Below, piece after piece: positions 43,771 through 51,988 of a stretch of DNA of 64,000 nucleotides (the first letter of the stretch is position 1; the number at the start of each line of letters is the position of its first letter). This stretch comes from Thermodesulfobacteriota bacterium (GTDB taxonomy: Bacteria > Desulfobacterota_D > UBA1144 > Nemesobacterales > UBA2774). Where the stretch lies: NCBI GenBank assembly GCA_965223335.1, contig OZ244991.1:768001-832000 (forward strand), read 5' to 3'. The notes under the pieces were generated by a model. It worked only from the letters and a program-made list of their open reading frames with translations. It was not told the origin of the DNA and ran no database searches. The translations under genes and the position numbers were made by a program.

Positions 43771-45747
43771 ATGATTAAAAAATCCCTAACAGCAGTATTA
43801 CTGCTCATGCTTGTGGGCTTTGCTTATGTAAGCCCTGCAATGAGCCAGATTGGTACAGATAACCTCTTCTGTCCGGCTGTGCCTAACGACACAGGCTGGC
43901 TAGAAGTACAGATCCCAAACCCCGCACAGGCCGACTTTACCGCTGGACTCATAGGTACGGTAGAGGGTTTTGCGGGTTCTGCAGTGGGTGGTTTGGACTG
44001 GATGCATAACAACGATACATTTGATCCATTCTTTCCAAACTTCAACGCTAACCCCACACCTACCACAGACAGCGGCTCACAGCTTGTGACCTGGTGGACA
44101 CAGGCAGACAGCCGCAACACCTCTGTGCAGGTTACAAATACAAACGTCTTCTCGGGCATAAACGTCCACGTGCGTATATTGGATGCAAACTGTGTAGAGA
44201 TTCGTAACTTCTGTGATGCTTACACCCCTGGGGACACTCACGTGTATGACCTGGGCAACTTGGTAAGCAACGCAGGTGCACCGATAGCCGACGAAAACCT
44301 ACAGGGCAAAGAGGGTATATTGGTAGTAACCTCGGTAAACGGATGTCCCAACCCTGATGAGGCTATAGAGCATGACTACCTAACAGGTCAGACGGTTATC
44401 GTAGACTCTCAGGACTACATGTATGGAGTAAACATGTATGCCCGTCAGGCATTCTGTGACGAGGCCGGGGAAGTGAACATAATCAATAACGGCAGCTTCC
44501 AGAGTGGTGATCTTACCGGGTGGTTTGGAGCACAATTTACTCAACCACCATTACCCTTTGGTGTTATCGATCGAACAGGCATATCCCCCAACTTTGCAGC
44601 ACCGCCTGCAACACCTCCGGACCCGGCTAATGATTTCTATGCATTTGTAGCACAATCCGATCTCAGTCTTTTTTATGGTGGAGGTTCTTTCGGTGGATTC
44701 CCTCCTACAGGGTTAGCAACGACAGACCTCTTTGTTGGTTTTGGTCCTCCATTGAGTGGTGCTGAAACCAACACAACCGTATTGCAAAGTGCCAACATCC
44801 CTGTCACCACCACTTCACTTGGAAATCTCATCACATATAATGCTGCGATATTAAGTGGAGGCCCTGTAAACACCTGTACTTCAGCGCATGCCGTGATTCT
44901 GATAGACCCAACAGGGGCAGCAGGAAACCCACAGATGGTTGATGCTAACTGTTATTACGACCCGTTTTATCTTAACCCCCCAACCTCTATCAACCTTATT
45001 AACAATGGTGTTGCAACTAGACCATGCACAGCTTTACCAACAAATGCTACCTCATACGCACTAGGAGCGTTCACGTTCCCTATGGGCAGTTCCTCGTTTA
45101 TAAACGACACACTTACTGTCCCGGGTCCTGGCAATTATGTATTGCAAGTAGTTACAATGCAATCGTTTGGTTTAGATTGTCTGGTTGATTTTGATTCAGC
45201 TATCCTCGTAGACAACTTCCAGTTCTTAGAACCGTTTGTATGTTTCGAGGGCATAACTCCACTAGACGGAGTTAACTCCTTCTTGGATATAGTAGACCCG
45301 ACTATCCTCGCAGGCCAGTTTAATGTACAGACCGGTGCTGCAGGTGGAGACGTAGCGCTTATCTCTTTTATAGACGACTACGGTCCCCCATACCGCGCAG
45401 TAGCAGCAGCAACAGACACTGCAGTGGGTATATGGGACGACACAGAAGACTTCTCAAGCTGTGGCGACGTACCGGTGTGCTTCTTAAGGTTGGGTGTGGA
45501 CGAAGCAGTAGTGGCCAGTCAGGACTTTGTAGTAGCCCCGACACTAGGGCCGACACTGCCACCGACAACACCTCCTACACTGGGACCGACCTCTACACCT
45601 ACGAATCCGCCTAGCGGAAGTGGGAGTGGAAGCTGTGCAATAGCAGCTAGCCCAGTAGAGCTTGGAAGCGGACTAGCCAACGTACTTATCCCGCTTGTAC
45701 CAGTAGCGTTTGTATTCGGGGTAAGAAGACTGCGGCGGAGGAAGTAA
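43771..45747 (+). CDS. Surface protein 'B', copy 1 (variable central insert, Pro/Thr stalk, C-terminal sorting signal)
   Basis: AAGGAGG SD before ATG 43771; signal peptide; C-terminal GSGSGSC-TM-RRLRRRK. Confidence 0.85.
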   Translation: MIKKSLTAVLLLMLVGFAYVSPAMSQIGTDNLFCPAVPNDTGWLEVQIPNPAQADFTAGLIGTVEGFAGSAVGGLDWMHNNDTFDPFFPNFNANPTPTTDSGSQLVTWWTQADSRNTSVQVTNTNVFSGINVHVRILDANCVEIRNFCDAYTPGDTHVYDLGNLVSNAGAPIADENLQGKEGILVVTSVNGCPNPDEAIEHDYLTGQTVIVDSQDYMYGVNMYARQAFCDEAGEVNIINNGSFQSGDLTGWFGAQFTQPPLPFGVIDRTGISPNFAAPPATPPDPANDFYAFVAQSDLSLFYGGGSFGGFPPTGLATTDLFVGFGPPLSGAETNTTVLQSANIPVTTTSLGNLITYNAAILSGGPVNTCTSAHAVILIDPTGAAGNPQMVDANCYYDPFYLNPPTSINLINNGVATRPCTALPTNATSYALGAFTFPMGSSSFINDTLTVPGPGNYVLQVVTMQSFGLDCLVDFDSAILVDNFQFLEPFVCFEGITPLDGVNSFLDIVDPTILAGQFNVQTGAAGGDVALISFIDDYGPPYRAVAAATDTAVGIWDDTEDFSSCGDVPVCFLRLGVDEAVVASQDFVVAPTLGPTLPPTTPPTLGPTSTPTNPPSGSGSGSCAIAASPVELGSGLANVLIPLVPVAFVFGVRRLRRRK

Positions 45748-45837
45748 TGGGGACCGCAAGGAAGCAGTTTTATCGCGACCGACAGGGTATAAATGGGGTC
45801 GTGGGAAAGAAGTAGCATTAACATAAGAAATACAAAG

Positions 45838-45871
45838 TAACAGGGTAGGAAATTACTCGCCTACCCTGTTA
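45838..45871 (+). terminator. Strong hairpin after B1 (terminator or stabilising stem)
   Basis: Perfect 12-bp stem TAACAGGGTAGG/CCTACCCTGTTA; weak U tract. Confidence 0.55.
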
Positions 45872-45907
45872 TTAAACAAAAGTTATGAAAGTCCATTCAA
45901 TGGGCAA

Positions 45908-46014
45908 GTCCTTCTTTGGACTGGATGAGTGGCGGGGATATAGTCGAGTATAACCCGGTCATTCTGTCCTTCCTTCTGAATTACGGCGGGGGCCTTGGTT
46001 CCCGCCGTTTTCTT
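45908..46014 (+). ncRNA. Candidate structured RNA element, copy 1, ending in an intrinsic terminator
   Basis: 45922-45977 is identical to 49315-49370; forms a hairpin followed by CCTTCCTTCT and ACGGCGGG/CCCGCCGT-T tract. Confidence 0.55.
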
Positions 46015-46170
46015 ATTACTTACCTATAATTAAGAACTTTCCCTTCTAATTATGACAATCCGGTAATTATTATTTACATATTTATGCAAAATGTTGTATA
46101 ATTGCGCTTAGAATTATGTATTGTGCAAAAGAGTTATATAAAAAGACTTTAGTCAAAGGAGGAATTAAGG

Positions 46171-47205
46171 ATGATTAAGAGTACAGTATCAAGAGTAATT
46201 TGCTTAGCCTTTATAGCTGTGTTTGCGTTCATGCCGATATTACCAAATGATGCAAACGCACAATTTGCCGAAACAATAGACCAGACCGACCAGGCCACCG
46301 ATAGGATGGTTGTGTTCTGGGATATGCGTATGGCGCGCCAGACCTTTGTACAGGTGACTAATACTTCAGTATTTTTCTCATTAGTTCACGTACAAATTTT
46401 TAATGTCACATCTCCCGCAGTCGTTTGCGAGGAAACGGACTTTGACGATCAGTACACTGCCGGGGACACACACGTATACGACCTAGGCAACCTGATATCC
46501 AATAGTGATGCTGACGGTCTGCCCGGTCCAGGGTTTTCTGCCCCCGCTGCTGACTTGGACGAGGGATACGGGTTATTTGTTGTATCGCAAACAGGTGGTT
46601 TTAACGACCTAATTGGCATGTTCAGGATCATAGACGGCGACGGCGATTATGAGTACAGGACAAACGCCGCCGGTGAGGAAATTTTCTTTAGGATCGGAGA
46701 TAATCTTTGGAACATAGGGGACATCAACTTCAATGATGTTGACGGTTCTAACCTGTCCGACGTAGTAGGTCTTGTATACAGAAGCACAGGCAGCGATTCT
46801 GTGGTTGCCGGCCCGCTTGTACAGGCTACATTCGGCAATGCTACAGGGGACGTTGGCAGTGGAGACCCTCAGATCCATATATTCGACGAATTCGAGAGCC
46901 CCACATCCTGCAGCCCAACGGTGTTTGCATGCGCCCCGACACAGCTAGACAAGGGCATAGACAACTTCCACCCCAACTCCAAGGGTGAGGTTAACCGTAT
47001 ATGCAACGACAGCGTAGATGTAGGATGGCTCTACATGCCGTTCCGTGGTATTAGATGTTTTGACGTCGATCCTATAGACGGGATTTGCCCTATTTTTTCT
47101 GAATTTTTTGTAGGCTATATAGGGCTCAACAACGGCAACGGCACCGGATCCATGGACTCGTGGTGGACACCTGGGATATTTGATGAATCACCAATAATGA
47201 ACTAA
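46171..47205 (+). CDS. Secreted protein 'A', copy 2
   Basis: Same RBS context (TCAAAGGAGGAATTAAGGATGATT) and long identical peptide blocks with A1. Confidence 0.85.
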   Translation: MIKSTVSRVICLAFIAVFAFMPILPNDANAQFAETIDQTDQATDRMVVFWDMRMARQTFVQVTNTSVFFSLVHVQIFNVTSPAVVCEETDFDDQYTAGDTHVYDLGNLISNSDADGLPGPGFSAPAADLDEGYGLFVVSQTGGFNDLIGMFRIIDGDGDYEYRTNAAGEEIFFRIGDNLWNIGDINFNDVDGSNLSDVVGLVYRSTGSDSVVAGPLVQATFGNATGDVGSGDPQIHIFDEFESPTSCSPTVFACAPTQLDKGIDNFHPNSKGEVNRICNDSVDVGWLYMPFRGIRCFDVDPIDGICPIFSEFFVGYIGLNNGNGTGSMDSWWTPGIFDESPIMN

Positions 47206-47280
47206 GCATTAAAACAATGGATCGAGAATCAAATGATATATCAAAAACAAAAGACGAATAAAATTAAGGAGGAAACTCGG

Positions 47281-49236
47281 ATGATTAAAAAATCCATAAC
47301 AGCAATAATGGTGCTGGTACTGATGGGTTTAGTATATATCCCTCAGGCCCAGGCCCAAATTGGTACAGACAACCTCTTCTGTCCGGCTGTGCCTAACGAC
47401 ACAGGGTGGCTAGAGGTACAGATCCCAAACCCGGCTCAGGCCGACTTTACCGCAGGCCTCATAGGTACGGTAGAGGGTTTTGCGGGCTCTGCAGTGGGTG
47501 GTTTGGACTGGATGCATAACAACGACGATTTTGCACCGTTCTTCCCATTCTTTAACGCTAACCCCACACCTACCACAGACAGCGGCTCACAGCTTGTGAC
47601 CTGGTGGACACAGGCAGACAGCCGCAACACCTCTGTGCAGGTAACAAACTCAAATGTAAACGATAGTATAAACGTCCACGTGCGTATACTGGATGCAAAC
47701 TGTGTAGAGATTCGTAACTTCTGCGATGCTTACACCCCCGGGGACACTCATGTGTACGACCTGGGCAACCTGGTAAGTAACGCAGGTGCACCGATAGCCG
47801 ACGAAAACCTACAGGGTAAAGAGGGTATATTGGTAGTAACCTCGGTAAACGGATGTCCCAACCCTGATGAGGCTATAGAGCATGACTATCTAACTGGTCA
47901 GACGGTTATCGTGGATTCCCAGGACTACATGTATGGAGTAAACATGTATGCCCGTCAGGCATTCTGTGACGAGGCCGGGGAGATGAACATAATTCTAAAC
48001 GGCAGTTTCCAGACTGGGGACTTTTTCAATGATCCTTTATTGGCGCCGGTATGGTTTGTATCACAAGGAGCGGGTAGTTCATCAGGCGTGATAGACAGTA
48101 CGGGGATATCCCCTAACCTAGCAGCACCACCTGCATCACCACCTGATCCTGCAAATGACTTTTATGCATTTGTAGCGGAAACCCCGGGGTCAGCTGCTAC
48201 TTATACTGGAGGTACTTTCAACCCTCAACTAGCATCCGGAAATTTAAGTGATAACATTACCACTGAACAGAATATAACTGTATTACAGAGTGCTAATTTC
48301 ACAACAACTAATGGTGGACCTTTGACATACGATGCCTCTATTTTATCCTCAGCAGTTGTCCCAGTTGTCAGTTGTGATGCATTATATGCGGTGGTTCTAA
48401 TAGACACATCCATACCTGAGATGATTGATGCTAACTGTTATGGTGACGCGATTCTTGGTTTCCCATTAACCTTCAATCGAATAACCAATGGCGGAGGTCA
48501 GGTCGGCCCTCCGGTAGTATGCCAATCCTTACCCACTGATGGCATTGTTTACGCACTCGGCGGTTTTACATTCCCAAACGGTCATTCTTCGTACGTAAGT
48601 GATACACTACAGGCACCGGCAAACAGTTCACTAGCCCTTCAGGTCATCACGATACAGGATGGAGATTGTGTTGCTGGTGAAGATTCTGCTGTTCTGGTAG
48701 ATAACTTCCAGTTGCTTGAGCCGATCCAGTGCTTCGAGGGCTTAACCCCATTAGACGGAGTAACCTCGTTCTTGGATATCGTAGACCCGACTATCCTTGC
48801 AGGCCAGTTTAATGTACAGACCGGCTCGGCGGGTGGAGACGTAGCACTTATCTCCTTTATAGACGACTACGGTCCCCCATACCGCGCAGTAGCAGCAGCA
48901 ACAGACACCGCAGTGGGCATATGGGACGATACAGAGGACTTCTCAAGCTGTGGCGACGTACCGGTGTGCTTCTTAAGGTTAGGTGTGGACGAAGCAGTAG
49001 TGGCCAGTCAGGACTTTGTAGTAGCCCCGACACTAGGGCCGACACCGCCACCGACAACACCACCTACACTGGGACCGACCTCTACACCTACGAATCCGCC
49101 TAGCGGAAGTGGGAGCGGAAGCTGTGCAATAGCAGCTAGCCCTGTAGAGCTTGGAAGCGGACTAGCCAACGTACTTATCCCACTAATACCGGTAGCGTTT
49201 GTATTCGGGGTAAGAAGGCTCCGCAGAAAGAAGTAG
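47281..49236 (+). CDS. Surface protein 'B', copy 2
   Basis: Same RBS context as B1; near-identical N and C parts, divergent centre; same C-terminal sorting signal. Confidence 0.85.
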   Translation: MIKKSITAIMVLVLMGLVYIPQAQAQIGTDNLFCPAVPNDTGWLEVQIPNPAQADFTAGLIGTVEGFAGSAVGGLDWMHNNDDFAPFFPFFNANPTPTTDSGSQLVTWWTQADSRNTSVQVTNSNVNDSINVHVRILDANCVEIRNFCDAYTPGDTHVYDLGNLVSNAGAPIADENLQGKEGILVVTSVNGCPNPDEAIEHDYLTGQTVIVDSQDYMYGVNMYARQAFCDEAGEMNIILNGSFQTGDFFNDPLLAPVWFVSQGAGSSSGVIDSTGISPNLAAPPASPPDPANDFYAFVAETPGSAATYTGGTFNPQLASGNLSDNITTEQNITVLQSANFTTTNGGPLTYDASILSSAVVPVVSCDALYAVVLIDTSIPEMIDANCYGDAILGFPLTFNRITNGGGQVGPPVVCQSLPTDGIVYALGGFTFPNGHSSYVSDTLQAPANSSLALQVITIQDGDCVAGEDSAVLVDNFQLLEPIQCFEGLTPLDGVTSFLDIVDPTILAGQFNVQTGSAGGDVALISFIDDYGPPYRAVAAATDTAVGIWDDTEDFSSCGDVPVCFLRLGVDEAVVASQDFVVAPTLGPTPPPTTPPTLGPTSTPTNPPSGSGSGSCAIAASPVELGSGLANVLIPLIPVAFVFGVRRLRRKK

Positions 49237-49258
49237 AAGTAACAATTTAAACAACAAG

Positions 49259-49290
49259 ATGAAAGCAAGGTCGCAAAACCTTGCTTCCAT
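49259..49290 (+). terminator. Hairpin after B2 (terminator or stabilising stem)
   Basis: AAGCAAGGT-CGCAAA-ACCTTGCTT. Confidence 0.5.
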
Positions 49291-49299
49291 TATTAAAAT

Positions 49300-49408
49300 G
49301 TCCTTTTTTGGACGTGGATGAGTGGCGGGGATATAGTCGAGTATAACCCGGTCATTCTGTCCTTCCTTCTTAAAAACGGCGGGGGCCCAGTTCCCGCCGT
49401 TTTTTTAT
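49300..49408 (+). ncRNA. Candidate structured RNA element, copy 2, ending in a probably bidirectional terminator
   Basis: 56-nt block identical to copy 1; AAAAACGGCGGG...CCCGCCGTTTTTTT. Confidence 0.55.
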
Positions 49409-49448
49409 TGTGCAATTGAAAATTAGTTTATAGTCAGTCGATTACAAC

Positions 49449-51278
49449 TCATGGTGAGTTTTTCTTTTCTCTCTTTAGGGCAGTTGCCCTTTTGGCAGCA
49501 TCCAGCTCCATTTTTCTTAGTCGTTCGCTTGTAGGTGTAACTTCGACCAATTCGTCTTCTGCAATAAACTCGATGGCTTGATCCAAAGACAACGGCCTCG
49601 GGGGCCTTAACACCACTGTGGTCTCGGCGGTAGAGCTCCTCATGTTGGTCAGCTTTTTCTCTTTGGTTATATTCACGTTCAGATCCCCGCTTCTATTCCT
49701 CTCGCCCACTATCATGCCCTCGAACACTTTTGTACCCACATCCACAAACAACTCGCCCCTGTCCGCCATGGCAAGGCATGCATAGGTAGTAACCTTGCCG
49801 GCTCTATCAGCCACAAGCGCACCCGATAGTCTTTGAGGAATCGGGCCGTACCACGGTTCGTATGCCTCGAATATACTGTTCATCACTCCTGCCCCTTTTG
49901 TGGCTATCTGAAACTGGCTCCTAAACCCTATCAATCCCCTGGATGCGATGACAAATTCAATATCGACTCTACCATTTGCATTGTTATGCATATTTACCAT
50001 TTTGCCTTTTCTGGCTGCCACACTCTCTGTGATAATCCCTATATGCTCTTCTGGCACGTCTACAAATATGCGTTCGACCGGCTCGTGCACTTTGCCGTCA
50101 ATAAGCTTCGTGATAACAGTCGGCTTCGAGACCGTGAATTCATAGCCCTCTCTACGCATCATCTCGATTAAAACAACCATTTGAAGCTCACCCCGTCCCG
50201 ACACCTCGAATGCATCGGCCCTGTCGGTGTCATTAACTTGGATCGCGACATTGCCCAACATCTCTCTTTCCAGTCTTTCCCTTAGGTGTCTCGATGTAAG
50301 GAATTTGCCTTCCGTCCCTGCAAACGGGCCGTCGTTCACATAAAAGATCATCGATATCGTAGGCTCGTCCACCTGGATACGCTCAAGCGCTCTCGGGTTC
50401 TCTAGATCGGATATGGTATCTCCAATTTTTATGTTCTCGTGGCCGGCTACAGCTGCTATATCACCCGATTCTACCAACTCTGTTTGTTTTTTCTCGAGTC
50501 CCTCAAATGTGTAAAGCGCCGATATCTTTATCGGAGTCCGAGACTCGGACTGCCCACACAACGTATACTGTTTGTTTGATTCCAGTGTACCGCCCATCAA
50601 CCGCCCTATTGCTATCCTCCCGACATAGTTATCGTAATCAAGGTTAGTCACAAGAAACTGTGTCAACTCAGTCTCGCCGGTATCGGGGCCGGGAATAGAA
50701 GTCACGATAGTTTCAAATAATGGAATAAGATTTGTGTGTATATCGGCTACATTATGACCCGATACCCCGGCCTTTGCGTTTGTGTACACTATTGGAAAAT
50801 CAATTTGATTGTCGCTAGCATCAAGCTCAATAAACAGGTCGTATACCTCGTCGATAACCTCTGGGGGCCGGGCGTCGCTCCTATCAATTTTGTTTAGTAC
50901 CAAGATTATCGGGAGTTTTTTTTCCAATGCTTTTTTAACTACAAAACGTGTCTGCGGCAGGGGCCCTTCACTGGCATCGACCAGCAGCAGTGCTCCGTCC
51001 ACCATGTTTAGGCTTCGTTCGACTTCACCACCAAAATCTGCATGCCCCGGTGTATCTACAATATTGATTTTTATATCTTCATAGACGAGTGCCGTATTTT
51101 TCGCCATTATTGTTATACCGCGTTCTTTCTCCAGGTCCATCGAATCCAATACCCTATCCTCGACCACTTGGTTATCGCGGAAAATGCCGCTTTGCTTAAG
51201 CATCGCATCCACCAAAGTAGTTTTCCCATGGTCCACATGGGCTATTATTGCAACATTTCTCAAAGTTTCTTTTCTCAT
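49449..51278 (-). CDS. typA: Translational GTPase TypA/BipA
   Basis: [37 protein letters not shown]. Confidence 0.96.
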   Translation of the reverse strand: MRKETLRNVAIIAHVDHGKTTLVDAMLKQSGIFRDNQVVEDRVLDSMDLEKERGITIMAKNTALVYEDIKINIVDTPGHADFGGEVERSLNMVDGALLLVDASEGPLPQTRFVVKKALEKKLPIILVLNKIDRSDARPPEVIDEVYDLFIELDASDNQIDFPIVYTNAKAGVSGHNVADIHTNLIPLFETIVTSIPGPDTGETELTQFLVTNLDYDNYVGRIAIGRLMGGTLESNKQYTLCGQSESRTPIKISALYTFEGLEKKQTELVESGDIAAVAGHENIKIGDTISDLENPRALERIQVDEPTISMIFYVNDGPFAGTEGKFLTSRHLRERLEREMLGNVAIQVNDTDRADAFEVSGRGELQMVVLIEMMRREGYEFTVSKPTVITKLIDGKVHEPVERIFVDVPEEHIGIITESVAARKGKMVNMHNNANGRVDIEFVIASRGLIGFRSQFQIATKGAGVMNSIFEAYEPWYGPIPQRLSGALVADRAGKVTTYACLAMADRGELFVDVGTKVFEGMIVGERNRSGDLNVNITKEKKLTNMRSSTAETTVVLRPPRPLSLDQAIEFIAEDELVEVTPTSERLRKMELDAAKRATALKREKKNSP

Positions 51279-51569
51279 TATTTTCTCTCTACTTGAACTA
51301 TATACACACTCCTCTTTCCGAAAGGCTCAAAATCGGCTCCAATCCTTTACCAAATATATTTTTTGACAACTAAAAAATGTATTGTAATTATTCAGACAAA
51401 ACCTTGTGTGTCCATAAGTTGTGATCTGGCAGTCTAAATTGCGAAAGTCCATTTATTAGACAAAAGTTATAAGCTGATTACATACTAAAGTCGCATTGAT
51501 GCATGTCCAGAATTATTATATAATCTGAGTAAGTTAGCATCATAAGGATCTGAGACAACAGAGAGAATA

Positions 51570-51974
51570 ATGGAAGAGAGAATAATTGAGGATTCGGGGT
51601 TATCATACATCACACGCAGAACATCACTTAGAGTGCCGTACAACAAAAAGGTCAGATATGGTCTGCTTAGGCAACGCGCAACTAATAACGAGACCAATAA
51701 TTATAATTTGTCCGGACACACCTTTAATCTATCCGAGCACGGTGTTGGTTTAGCGACTACCCGAGGTTTCCCACCAAGCTCAAAATTACAGGTCCACCTG
51801 TTCACTGGGAACGAGACCCTCAGACTAGAAGGAATAGTCAAGTGGGCCATGCCGTCGTTTCCGGAAAAACTTTGGAGGGTGGGTATAGAATTTACAAGCC
51901 GGACAGATAATATAAAAAACATCTATAAAGACATAAGCTTTACTCAGCAGAATCAATCCGATTCTGACCTTTAG
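51570..51974 (+). CDS. Stand-alone PilZ domain protein (c-di-GMP receptor)
   Basis: RxxxR (RTSLR) and NxSxxG (NLSEHG); GIEF. Confidence 0.8.
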   Translation: MEERIIEDSGLSYITRRTSLRVPYNKKVRYGLLRQRATNNETNNYNLSGHTFNLSEHGVGLATTRGFPPSSKLQVHLFTGNETLRLEGIVKWAMPSFPEKLWRVGIEFTSRTDNIKNIYKDISFTQQNQSDSDL

Positions 51975-51988
51975 CGCATAGTGTTTTC

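Larger units (their letters stand above)
42672..49408 (+). repeat. Tandem duplication of an approximately 3.3-3.5 kb module (A gene, B gene, RNA element)
   Basis: Paired homology of RBS regions, both CDSs and the downstream elements. Confidence 0.9.

Noticed and set aside
42690..49236. Diversity-generating retroelement as the source of B variation
   Set aside because: No reverse transcriptase or short template repeat; differences include indels and are not adenine-specific
45922..49370. CRISPR repeat or REP/MITE interpretation of the 56-nt repeat
   Set aside because: Only two copies 3.4 kb apart, each at the same position in the module; no spacers, cas genes or target-site duplications
42159..49448. 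Intact integrative element or prophage at tRNA-Arg
   Set aside because: No integrase or phage genes and no duplicated tRNA 3' end seen
51427..51443. Sigma-54 promoter TGGCAGTCTAAATTGCG before the PilZ gene
   Set aside because: GG-to-GC spacing is 11 nt rather than the required 10
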